Shown in pieces: positions 38,030-45,719 of a DNA stretch of 64,000 bases. Location: IMG/VR virus record IMGVR_UViG_3300045988_173642, positions 35,986 through 99,985 of that record; one strand, 5' to 3'. Source of the stretch: a virus. The notes beneath the pieces are model-generated. The model was given only the letters and a program-made list of their open reading frames with translations. It did not search any database and had not been told where the DNA came from. Position numbers and translations under genes: made by a program. Positions within the stretch are counted from its first letter, which is position 1; every line of letters starts with the position of its first letter.

Positions 38030-38176
38030 ATGTCTTCGGAGGCTTTTAATCGAACCATCATGGAATTGAAAGAAAAATACACTTCCGTGGACACGCTCTA
38101 AGAGCGAATTTCTACTATTGTAGATTGCGAGCGGAAGGCTCGCACCAGCCCTGGCCTATGTGCCGGGGCTTTTTTA
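38030..38176 (+). ncRNA. candidate small RNA of about 140 nt (promoter to terminator), antisense to the minus-strand operon
   Basis: Downstream of the promoter come hairpins cgctc-taa-gagcg, tctac-tatt-gtaga and gcgagc-ggaag-gctcgc. The terminator is agccctgg-cctatgtg-ccggggct followed by tttttatt. Only a 23-codon ORF (38030-38101) is present. Confidence 0.45.
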
Positions 38177-38183
38177 TTGCTTG

Positions 38184-38263
38184 TCACTCCAACAGGAATC
38201 GAACCTGCACCATGCCGACCACGGAGAGCGGTGGGGCGTCGCTATCCTCACGGACAACGACAG
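38184..38263 (-). ncRNA. tRNA-like element A (T-arm plus acceptor-like 3' strand; not a complete tRNA)
   Basis: Minus strand reads gcagg-TTCGATT-cctgt tggagtg a, preceded by a ccac/gtgg hairpin and a GUGA-capped hairpin. No D arm and no complementary 5' acceptor strand were found. Confidence 0.3.
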
Positions 38264-38301
38264 CCTAAAAACAAAAAAGATTATGAATTTAAATAACGTG
38301 T

Positions 38302-38368
38302 TGCCGCCAGCGGAGTCGAACCGCTGCAAGGCCAGACCGGGCGCGGATGCCTCGTTTTTTCGCGAGGC
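38302..38368 (-). ncRNA. tRNA-like element B (T-arm plus acceptor-like 3' strand)
   Basis: Minus strand reads gcctcg-cgaaaaaa-cgaggc ... ctggccttgc agcgg-TTCGACT-ccgct ggcggca. It starts 13 nt after the stop of 38381..39265 and is homologous to element C. Confidence 0.3.
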
Positions 38369-38380
38369 TATAAAGAGGGA

Positions 38381-39265
38381 TTAATCCACTTTTAAGTTAA
38401 TTACACCAATCGCATAGTGCCAGTCGTCTTCTTCGTAATCCATAACGCATCCACCAGGACGCTCAAAGACATCATAGGCCGTCCCGACACGTCGCCACAG
38501 GCTCCAGCCGCTGCGACGCTCAAAATGCTGAATCTGTAGGTGATTTTCTTTGGCCATTGTTTTTGCTTCATCGAAGGACTTAAAGCCAACGATGGCAGGA
38601 TGAAGGTGGCTGGGGTAGCCGATAGCGCTGTTTGTCGTCTGAATAACCTTCAAGTCACCATCCGCCAATTCTTCCAATTCGTCATCTGAAGGGGCAACGA
38701 TAATGTCCTCTTTGTCGCAAATCTCTTGCAGGCTCATAACCTCCGGGAAATCGTAATCATTATCTTCCGTGACGCTCTCCTCAAATTCTTCCCTATATTC
38801 CCGTATGGTGGCATTCCATTCTTCTTCAATGCTACGAAAATCTGAATATGGTATCACCTTTTCTCCAGTTTCGTGATCGCGTTCCACCTTATTTTCAATG
38901 TCGCCGATAATATCATGGAGTTCAGACCAGATAAAACCTTTTCGGCAAAGGTGCTGTTTAACCCTATCAACGGCTGCGTAATTCACCGAAGTCCATACGT
39001 CGTCACATAGGTCGTCATCAGCGGCTTCAACATTAATCACGTCAGCCACCATAATCTCGCAATCATCGACGTACGAACCATAACCGTCTTCATAGTTCAT
39101 CAACGAGTAGCAGCCATTATACTGGCTAACGGGGTAGCATCCAGTGTCATGGGCGACCGCCAGAGGCTCAACGCCGGGCATTTCATACGTATCTGCCAAG
39201 AACACCTGCTGGCCCTTATAGCGATAAATATACTTAGGGAGTTGTTTGTTATTCTGTTTCTCCAT
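38381..39265 (-). CDS. hypothetical acidic protein
   Basis: 294-aa ORF, strongly acidic (many D/E runs), with its own promoter box upstream. Confidence 0.65.
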   Translation of the reverse strand: MEKQNNKQLPKYIYRYKGQQVFLADTYEMPGVEPLAVAHDTGCYPVSQYNGCYSLMNYEDGYGSYVDDCEIMVADVINVEAADDDLCDDVWTSVNYAAVDRVKQHLCRKGFIWSELHDIIGDIENKVERDHETGEKVIPYSDFRSIEEEWNATIREYREEFEESVTEDNDYDFPEVMSLQEICDKEDIIVAPSDDELEELADGDLKVIQTTNSAIGYPSHLHPAIVGFKSFDEAKTMAKENHLQIQHFERRSGWSLWRRVGTAYDVFERPGGCVMDYEEDDWHYAIGVINLKVD

Positions 39266-39340
39266 AATCCAGACTTCACCGTGTTGTCGAGGGCTTAATG
39301 TGTTAATGTTCTTTATTAATTATCTTCTTGTTTACATCTG

Positions 39341-39348
39341 CAAAGTTA
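39341..39348 (-). promoter_or_regulatory. Bacteroidota -7 box (TAACTTTG on the minus strand)
   Basis: Plus strand caaagtta, 76 nt upstream of the ATG at 39265. Confidence 0.45.
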
Positions 39349-39439
39349 GCAATTATATTTGAATCCGCCAATTAAAAATACATATAAATTCAAATTTAAT
39401 TGTATTTTATTCGTGATTAAACATTTTACAGACGTTTTT

Positions 39440-39499
39440 GCACCCGTCGGCGGAATCGAACCGCCGCAAGGCCATCCAGGCACGGGATTCCTGGGCTGC
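39440..39499 (-). ncRNA. tRNA-like element C (T-arm plus acceptor-like 3' strand)
   Basis: Minus strand reads ccagg-aatcccgtg-cctgg atggccttgc ggcgg-TTCGATT-ccgcc gacgggt g. It begins right after the stop of 39501..39698. Confidence 0.3.
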
Positions 39500-39500
39500 G

Positions 39501-39698
39501 TCAAAAGGTTTGGCGCAAGCAGGTGAACAGTGCGTCTAGTCCCATGTTGTACTCTATGCGCTCCTTGCTGCCGAACTCGTCGGGATTGGGAGAATTGAGG
39601 GTGATATACTCTATGATGCGTGTCATGGCCTCACGGAGGCTCGCCTTGTCCATATCTATTGTTATAACTGTCTTTTCCATTGTCGTTTTGATTTGCAT
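39501..39698 (-). CDS. hypothetical small protein
   Basis: 65 aa. The N-terminus MEKTVITIDMD (from Met7) is shared with 40387..40815 (MENTVITIDMD). Confidence 0.5.
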   Translation of the reverse strand: MQIKTTMEKTVITIDMDKASLREAMTRIIEYITLNSPNPDEFGSKERIEYNMGLDALFTCLRQTF

Positions 39699-39991
39699 TT
39701 TAGATAATTGAATTATTTGCGAATGTTAATACCTTCTTTATCTTCCCTCAAAGTACGTCTTTATCTCTTGGTCGGTACTCTGTTTTGTTAATTGTTAAAT
39801 CATATTGTTTTGCCTAAAAATTGAAAATCTCTGATTTTTCGCACACTCTATAACGAGGCATGTGTTACCACTTTATAGAGATAACCGTCGCTACGAACAT
39901 AACCACCACGCCGAAGCCGAGGTACTGCCAAACTTATAATAATCTATTTTTGCCATAATTTTCTGTCGTTTTTTAGGGGTTCTATAATATA

Positions 39992-40243
39992 CTATTCGTT
40001 AATAATTTCAATTCGTAACAATTCATTATCCACATGGATTTCGTACCCCTTATAATTGATGCCATAGCCTATGCAACCATAGCTACAAAAAAGAGGTTCA
40101 CAAATCATTCTGGAGCCATACCAGGTGAATCCACATGGATTACGATTATATCCATTAAGCCAATTTTCGCAATCGCCACAACGTTTTAAAATAGTGTTGA
40201 TTAGGCGCTTCAATTCGTTAGGTATCTCTTTCGGTGCTCTCAT
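39992..40243 (-). CDS. hypothetical small Cys-rich protein
   Basis: 83-aa ORF with the conserved intergenic motif upstream (40267-40277). Confidence 0.55.
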   Translation of the reverse strand: MRAPKEIPNELKRLINTILKRCGDCENWLNGYNRNPCGFTWYGSRMICEPLFCSYGCIGYGINYKGYEIHVDNELLRIEIINE

Positions 40244-40266
40244 TTTCCGTCGTTTTTTTTTAAGAT

Positions 40267-40277
40267 TCTATAATAGG
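40267..40277 (-). promoter_or_regulatory. conserved intergenic motif copy
   Basis: Plus strand tctataatagg, 24 nt upstream of the ATG at 40243. A second, related copy, gctataaataggg, is at 40322-40334. Confidence 0.45.
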
Positions 40278-40386
40278 TTTTATTTTCTGGGCGTGTGCGG
40301 AATCCTTAAAATTTCACACACGCTATAAATAGGGAGATTATCAAGCCGCCAGGGTTTGCTGCCCTGGCTGGCTTGTGTGGTGCGTG

Positions 40387-40815
40387 TCATCTCCTTGCAG
40401 ACTCCTGCATCATTCCCACCATAACAATTTTTTTTGGGACGGAGAGATGACGGCCGGCAGAGGCGGGGGCGGCACACACGGCTGCTCCGTAGTATATCAG
40501 AATGCGGGTAAGGTAATCGAGGGAGGAGCACCAAACGGGCAGTGGGGCGGCGTGGGAAACCGAGAGTGCGGCATTCACAGACATAAAATCGGCATCGGCG
40601 GGGATGGCGTCGCGGTCCGCGGTGGGCGCGTTGTGGGCTAACCAATCGCGTACATTTTCGCGTAGACTGGCGGGCGCATTGTATCGCACGCCCAAAATGG
40701 AAAAAGTTTTTCCGTTTTTTCTGCCGTCGGCAATATCAACCAGCGCCAGTCCTTCTGCGGGTGCTTCGTCGTCCTGTGCGGCGTCCATGTCGATGGTGAT
40801 AACTGTATTTTCCAT
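40387..40815 (-). CDS. hypothetical protein
   Basis: 142 aa. The N-terminal 25 aa include a 60-bp segment identical to part of 43057..44727. The GC-rich 3' half is open in other frames too, so the extent is uncertain. Confidence 0.45.
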   Translation of the reverse strand: MENTVITIDMDAAQDDEAPAEGLALVDIADGRKNGKTFSILGVRYNAPASLRENVRDWLAHNAPTADRDAIPADADFMSVNAALSVSHAAPLPVWCSSLDYLTRILIYYGAAVCAAPASAGRHLSVPKKIVMVGMMQESARR

Positions 40816-40837
40816 GTTTTTATCGTTTTAGTGGTTG

Positions 40838-40851
40838 TCTATAATAGGGGG
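40838..40851 (-). promoter_or_regulatory. conserved intergenic motif CCCCCTATTATAGA (minus strand)
   Basis: Plus strand tctataataggggg, 23 nt upstream of the ATG at 40815. Member of a family of at least 8 copies (see findings). Confidence 0.5.
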
Positions 40852-40853
40852 AC

Positions 40854-41141
40854 TTATCGCAATTCGCTTAATTCCACACTGCCGTATATCAATTTACATT
40901 GCAGATCGTAGAAGAATCCGGAAGCGTTGTCGCGTTTTTCGTCGGCCTTCAGCCGCTTAATCTGCTCTTCTCGTGGCGCGTTTTCGTCCTCATACGCGAA
41001 AGTGCCATCTTCGATGCAGCATATAATGGTCTTCACCAATCGCTGAAATCCTGCCTTGGTTGAAGGCCAGGTGCCGAACAAGCTGAAAGAACTAAGCGTT
41101 TTCCACTCGTCGCAGGTGTTCAAAATTAAAATTTGTTTCAT
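40854..41141 (-). CDS. hypothetical protein
   Basis: 95-aa ORF with the conserved motif copy just downstream of its stop. Confidence 0.55.
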   Translation of the reverse strand: MKQILILNTCDEWKTLSSFSLFGTWPSTKAGFQRLVKTIICCIEDGTFAYEDENAPREEQIKRLKADEKRDNASGFFYDLQCKLIYGSVELSELR

Positions 41142-41153
41142 TATGTATCACTT

Positions 41154-41438
41154 TCAATCATACAATATTACGCGGTCATGTGTGATGGTGATTTCAGCCG
41201 GTAGATATATATTATCGCAATGGCCGCGGGCATTGGCAAACGTCCAGCGTTCCCCTATCTTATGTGTATAAGCAAGGATGGCGGCGGTTTTCTTGAAGAG
41301 TCCTGCGGCTTTGCGCATGCCATGCAAGAACTTCACCACGTCGGTTTCTTCGCACGACAAAGTTGTAATTAACTGCTTAATTTCTCCGCCGACGCACAAC
41401 ACGAAGGCATAAACTTTTCGACTTTCCATAATCTTCAT
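41154..41438 (-). CDS. hypothetical protein
   Basis: 94-aa ORF with a motif copy upstream (41450-41464). Confidence 0.55.
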   Translation of the reverse strand: MKIMESRKVYAFVLCVGGEIKQLITTLSCEETDVVKFLHGMRKAAGLFKKTAAILAYTHKIGERWTFANARGHCDNIYLPAEITITHDRVILYD

Positions 41439-41449
41439 TTTTTAAACGT

Positions 41450-41464
41450 TCTATAATAGGGGGG
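41450..41464 (-). promoter_or_regulatory. conserved intergenic motif copy
   Basis: Plus strand tctataatagggggg, 12 nt upstream of the ATG at 41438, preceded on the minus strand by a small G5/C5 hairpin. Confidence 0.5.
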
Positions 41465-41480
41465 AACGTCCCCCGTAGCC

Positions 41481-42272
41481 TTATTTTTCGTCCTTCCTTA
41501 ATACCGTCCTCACGCTATAATAGGGCGTATTGAACGGATATTTAACTTCGTAAATGTAGTACACCGCCATCGGTTCGCTCATGAGCAGTGTGTCGCGACA
41601 TTCCACGCGGCCGGCCATGCCGTGTGCCATGAAGTTCAAGGCACACATCTTGCACGCGATAGGGTCTTTATCTTGCGCCACATATTCAAAGCGGCGGCCG
41701 GCGGAATGGTCTTTTTGGCTTTTGTCCATATAGTGGGCAAGGAGCAGGCGGCCGCTACCTGCCGCGCAGTCGTTCACCATTCCGCTGTCTTTGTCTCCGC
41801 GGTTGAGAATCCGCGACATTAGGTCCGACACGTCATGTGGCGTGAAGAACTGGCCCGTTTTCGAGGCTTTTCCGCGACTGAGGTACATTTCCTCATACAA
41901 GATGCCGAACACATCCAGCCATCGGCCCTTTTCCATGTCCTCCGCCACGTCCTGGAGCCATTGCAGCGCAAGCCCCGTAAACTCCGGATTTTTTTCCGCG
42001 CAACGCAAAATGTGCTGGCTATATTCGGCCGTTCCTCCCTTGAAGGCGTCAATGCTGAATAACTCTAAAAGGTAGTCGCAGAAGTCGCTCAAGGCCATTT
42101 CTTGTGGTCGGTGGTTTTTGTCGGCCTGTTCGGTCAATATGTCTATATATTTATTTTTATCCATGATTTCTGATTTTTTAGATGTTTTATAATAGGGGCT
42201 GCGCTGCTCTGTTAGGCACAGCCCGTGACCTATGTCAATAATCACTTCCACATAGCAGAAGGGTAGACGCAT
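41481..42272 (-). CDS. truncated N6-DNA-methylase-like (HsdM-type) SAM-binding protein; likely start at 42164
   Basis: GQFFTPHDVSDLM (motif X-like), VNDCAAGSGRLLL (motif I) and MCALNFMAHGMAG..RDTLL are present, but the ORF stops about 35 aa later with no NPPF/Y catalytic motif. A motif copy at 42186-42198 favours Met37. Confidence 0.5.
   Translation of the reverse strand: MRLPFCYVEVIIDIGHGLCLTEQRSPYYKTSKKSEIMDKNKYIDILTEQADKNHRPQEMALSDFCDYLLELFSIDAFKGGTAEYSQHILRCAEKNPEFTGLALQWLQDVAEDMEKGRWLDVFGILYEEMYLSRGKASKTGQFFTPHDVSDLMSRILNRGDKDSGMVNDCAAGSGRLLLAHYMDKSQKDHSAGRRFEYVAQDKDPIACKMCALNFMAHGMAGRVECRDTLLMSEPMAVYYIYEVKYPFNTPYYSVRTVLRKDEK
42186..42198 (-). promoter_or_regulatory. conserved intergenic motif copy
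   Basis: Plus strand tttataatagggg, 22 nt upstream of the ATG at 42164. Confidence 0.45.
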
Positions 42273-42396
42273 GTGCTCAACGCATTATCACGGGCATACG
42301 CGCGAATTTCATAATCGTAGCCCTTTATTTCCTTCATTATGGATTCCGCTTTTCGCGCAAGGCGCAGATAAGCAGAATACTTCTTCTTGGAATCCT

Positions 42397-43011
42397 TCAA
42401 TTCTGAATGTCTGCCATCAATTCTTTCTTATAGAAAGCTATAACGACGACTGCCTTTTGTGCGTCCAAGCGATCCCCAGTGTTCCATAACCAAAGCCATT
42501 CAATATCACAATATTGATTTCGCCCGTGGCTCGAATCGGCCATCATAGACACGAAGGGTCTATTATTGTTATTGTATTCCCGGCCATAGTACGTTATCTT
42601 ATAATTATTCCCCCCAAAACCGCTCTTAAAACCGGTTTCGGCTTCCACGGCATCGTGAAAACGCTTATTAAGCACCTTCCCGTCGAATTGACGGCACACT
42701 TGAATCAGGCCGTCCAGGGCTTTCACTTCCAACTGCGTGCGCTTGATTAGCTTGTCAACATGTTGGCAATATCTTTGCACCTCCTTAGCCTTCTTGACGG
42801 TCTTAAAATCCGCCTCGCTGCCAATGCTGTAAGAAGATGCCGGAATATTGCGCTCGAGGTCTTCCTGGTTGCATAACGCGGCGAACTTCTGCGCATCTTT
42901 GTCAGAAGAAAAACGATTAAACCACTCTGGACTATCGGTGTTCCATAACCATACATTACCATCATTGTTGATAAGATTCTTCGCTTCATTAAATATTACT
43001 TTCATAATCAT
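42397..43011 (-). CDS. hypothetical protein
   Basis: 204-aa ORF with a motif copy upstream (43025-43038). Confidence 0.6.
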   Translation of the reverse strand: MIMKVIFNEAKNLINNDGNVWLWNTDSPEWFNRFSSDKDAQKFAALCNQEDLERNIPASSYSIGSEADFKTVKKAKEVQRYCQHVDKLIKRTQLEVKALDGLIQVCRQFDGKVLNKRFHDAVEAETGFKSGFGGNNYKITYYGREYNNNNRPFVSMMADSSHGRNQYCDIEWLWLWNTGDRLDAQKAVVVIAFYKKELMADIQN

Positions 43012-43024
43012 GTATTTTTTTTAA

Positions 43025-43038
43025 ACTATAATAGAGGG
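43025..43038 (-). promoter_or_regulatory. conserved intergenic motif copy
   Basis: Plus strand actataatagaggg, 14 nt upstream of the ATG at 43011. Confidence 0.45.
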
Positions 43039-43056
43039 CCGCACGCGAGCGGGGGC

Positions 43057-44727
43057 TTACACCCCGAACCACTCGCGCAAGCATGCCACGGCCTCTGGTG
43101 CGCTGGCCTGCCACTGCTGTTCTGCCTTGTTCCAGGTCGCGCCGTGCGCCTTGATGGCCTTGCGGTTGCGGTAGGTCGTTCGCCCATCGCCTACCACCGC
43201 CACGCCGTCGGCAATATCAACCAGCGCCAGTCCTTCTGCGGGTGCTTCGTCGTCCTGTGCGGCATCCTGAACGGCTGCGGCTGTATCGGTGCGCTCGTCC
43301 AACGTTGGGCTGGCTGGCGCCGTTGTTGGCGTGTAGCTGCGAAGGGTCCATACGTGACGGGCAATACTATCGGCTGTTGCAGTTGAGCTGTGAAAGAATA
43401 AAGGGCGCATATTGACGCCAAGGGCGTCGGCAAGGGCGTCCACCTCTTGCAACGAATAGCTATAATAGCCATTCTGCCCATATTCATTTTTAACATTCGC
43501 GGCCGGCACAACGGAGAGTACTTCAGCCAATATCTCATTGCGTGCTTCATCCGACATTTTCCGCTTGATTGCAATATCTCCAGCGTTGTTGCCCATAGTT
43601 TTGCGGGCAAAATCGACGAACTCAGAATAAAATACATCTGTCGAATCGTCCCAACCGTTGAACGTGTCGCGACGGCTGCAGAACAGATCTAAATCCGTTT
43701 TTTCCGAAAATTCTTCTTCGGTCGGTCCGTCGGTCCAAGTTACCTCGAAATCAGCGCCCCAGCCGCGGCGCACAGATACGGAGAACTTGACGCCGGGGAA
43801 AGCCGCGGTGCACATCGCCAAAATATTTGCCTTTCGCGCGTTGTCAATCTTTCGCGCCGTGGTCTTACCGTCCTTCTCCAGTTCTTCAACGTTGCGCATG
43901 AGGTGAGACCATCTGGCGCAGCGTTCGCGGTATTCGGCGAGGCGTGCCGCCTTCGCTTCGGCTTCCTGGCGTTCCTCTTCCGCTTTTCTGGCTTCTTCGG
44001 CCGCCTTAACGGCTGCCAATTCGTCGGCGAATAAGACAGGCCACACGATTGGTAGATATATATAGCGGGCATAATCATAGCCCTCAGAATCAATGAGGAA
44101 GTACTTGCCAGACGGTGAAACGACAAGCGCACCGACGGTGTAGAATGTGGCCCAGTCTTCTTCGTTGTACGTACCAGTAGAGGCATCGTCGGACACATCT
44201 TCAGAACGACTGAAACCGCGCAAGGTGTAGCGGGCCACAAGTTCATCCGCCAATTCTGGACGTTGGAAATATTCTTCCGTTACATTGATTATTCGTTCTA
44301 CGCAACAGAGTCGGGCAGGCTGCTCTCCTGCCTTGGTGTAGTAGGTGAGGTTATGCAGTTCCTCGAATAAGCCGCGTCCGCCGTCGCATTTGAGGCCGCT
44401 ATTGTCGGCCCAAAAGAAGCCGCCGACGGCGGGAATACCTTCGAGGCGGTCGGCCTCTTTAGCATGCTCTGCATACTTGGTGCGCTGGCGTGCGGCCTCT
44501 TTGTTTGCGATAAGCTCGCGAGCAGCGACTTCGGCTGCCTCTGTCGTGGCCTTGCCGAATGTCTTCACGTACGCCGGGCGTGAGATAGGCGACATAGGGC
44601 CGCACCAACCACACAAGCAAATATATTGTTCGTTATCGCTGTAATACTGTGCACGTTGAGCCTTGTCTTTTAAAACCTTAGATAAGTTCTCGGCAATCAC
44701 GTTAAGGGGTACATTCTTTGTAGTCAT
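43057..44727 (-). CDS. multidomain hypothetical protein (resembles polyvalent plasmid/ICE/phage proteins)
   Basis: 556 aa with a central coiled coil (AAVKAAEEARKAEEERQEAEAKAARLAEYRE). FPGVKFSVSVRRGWGADFEVTWTDGPTEEE and the C-terminal KAHGATWNKAEQQWQ block recall domains of polyvalent proteins; this is from memory and needs an HMM search. Confidence 0.4.
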   Translation of the reverse strand: MTTKNVPLNVIAENLSKVLKDKAQRAQYYSDNEQYICLCGWCGPMSPISRPAYVKTFGKATTEAAEVAARELIANKEAARQRTKYAEHAKEADRLEGIPAVGGFFWADNSGLKCDGGRGLFEELHNLTYYTKAGEQPARLCCVERIINVTEEYFQRPELADELVARYTLRGFSRSEDVSDDASTGTYNEEDWATFYTVGALVVSPSGKYFLIDSEGYDYARYIYLPIVWPVLFADELAAVKAAEEARKAEEERQEAEAKAARLAEYRERCARWSHLMRNVEELEKDGKTTARKIDNARKANILAMCTAAFPGVKFSVSVRRGWGADFEVTWTDGPTEEEFSEKTDLDLFCSRRDTFNGWDDSTDVFYSEFVDFARKTMGNNAGDIAIKRKMSDEARNEILAEVLSVVPAANVKNEYGQNGYYSYSLQEVDALADALGVNMRPLFFHSSTATADSIARHVWTLRSYTPTTAPASPTLDERTDTAAAVQDAAQDDEAPAEGLALVDIADGVAVVGDGRTTYRNRKAIKAHGATWNKAEQQWQASAPEAVACLREWFGV

Positions 44728-44765
44728 AATCTTTTTTATTGTTGTTTGTTTCTTGTTTTCGAGTG

Positions 44766-44773
44766 CAAAGATA
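44766..44773 (-). promoter_or_regulatory. Bacteroidota promoter (-7 TATCTTTG on the minus strand; -33 at 44794-44797)
   Basis: Plus strand caaagata with a 20-nt spacer to CAAA. It drives 43057..44727. Confidence 0.6.
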
Positions 44774-44777
44774 TAAA

Positions 44778-44847
44778 GATATATTTATATCGCCAAAGAT
44801 AAAACAAAGAAATATTTGAGTTTAACACCTATTAATATAAATATATC
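44778..44847. promoter_or_regulatory. 13-bp perfect inverted repeat pair (GATATATTTATAT ... ATATAAATATATC), candidate operator
   Basis: Arms at 44778-44790 and 44835-44847, lying between divergent promoters next to an XRE-type regulator gene. Confidence 0.55.
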
Positions 44848-44869
44848 TTCATATTTGGTTTTTTACCCG

Positions 44870-44877
44870 TATCTTTG
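44870..44877 (+). promoter_or_regulatory. Bacteroidota -7 box TATCTTTG
   Basis: 24 nt upstream of the ATG at 44901. Confidence 0.55.
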
Positions 44878-44900
44878 CAGCGTTAAAAACATATAGAACA

Positions 44901-45239
44901 ATGAAAGTATATATTAAAGAGATGTTAGCCCTTAAAGGGCTGACGCAAAAAGACATCGCGGAGAGGATGGGCGTAACGCAATCCAACGTTTCGGCCACAA
45001 TATCCAGGCCTTCCTTCCCCACGTTGGAACGCATTGCAGAAGCCTTGCAAGTTGAACCCTGGCAACTGTTGGCACCGCCTTCAATCGTGGAAGAACTCCA
45101 ACAGGCGAGAGCGCAGCAGGGATGCGAGCGCGGACTTGTAGGCGTTGTCCGCGTCGGGTGTGAGATATACACGGCCGATTCGGTGAATCAATTACGCGCC
45201 ATTGTGGAACGGCTGGAACAAGCAGAAAAAAACAAATGA
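44901..45239 (+). CDS. XRE-family HTH transcriptional regulator
   Basis: IKEMLALKGLTQKDIAERMGVTQSNVSATISRPSFPTLERIAEALQV is a classic HTH_3 layout. Confidence 0.8.
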   Translation: MKVYIKEMLALKGLTQKDIAERMGVTQSNVSATISRPSFPTLERIAEALQVEPWQLLAPPSIVEELQQARAQQGCERGLVGVVRVGCEIYTADSVNQLRAIVERLEQAEKNK

Positions 45240-45295
45240 AAAAGAAATCCCGGCAGGCTCAACCTGGCGGGATTTCTTTTGCAATTTTAAAACGC

Positions 45296-45649
45296 TCAAT
45301 TATTCAGAGCGTCTATAATGTTAGTTTTATACCACACTGCCGCCTGGCCCATCGTATCGCGAAGTTCCTGCAGGTATTCCTTATAATTCGCCTGCGTGAT
45401 CGTGATGCGACGCTCAGGGTGTTGACCGTCGGTGTCGCCACTTGCCAAGTGGAGAATACAAAAGGTGCGGTCTGTCTCGTGGTGTGCCACGTAGCCCTGT
45501 CTTTTGCAGATCTCCACGGTGCGGGCGAAGTCCGCGGGCGTGGTCGGGATGACTTGCAACACGCTCCAGGGGTATTCTTGAGCGGTTAAAAGTACTTGCC
45601 CTTCACGTTCAGACACGCGAAAGGCATGAATAGTTTTGGAAGTTTCCAT
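45296..45649 (-). CDS. hypothetical protein
   Basis: 117-aa ORF with a motif-like tctataaagata upstream (45669-45680). Confidence 0.55.
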   Translation of the reverse strand: METSKTIHAFRVSEREGQVLLTAQEYPWSVLQVIPTTPADFARTVEICKRQGYVAHHETDRTFCILHLASGDTDGQHPERRITITQANYKEYLQELRDTMGQAAVWYKTNIIDALNN

Positions 45650-45719
45650 TTTCTCGTTTTTTTATCAGTCTATAAAGATAGTTATTTTGTTTGGATTGAC
45701 AAGGGGAGAGAACGGCATA

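Noticed and set aside
38047-38055. Another GGTTCGATT string on the minus strand
   Set aside because: The flanking bases cannot form a T-stem. It lies inside the plus-strand sRNA candidate and is probably coincidental.
40280-40645. Alternative ORFs (minus frame 40280..40645 and plus frame 40375..40641) overlapping 40387..40815
   Set aside because: This is a GC-rich stretch open in several frames. The Arg/Pro-rich translations look like frame artefacts. Only the frame that continues from the conserved MENTVITIDMD start was kept, and with low confidence.
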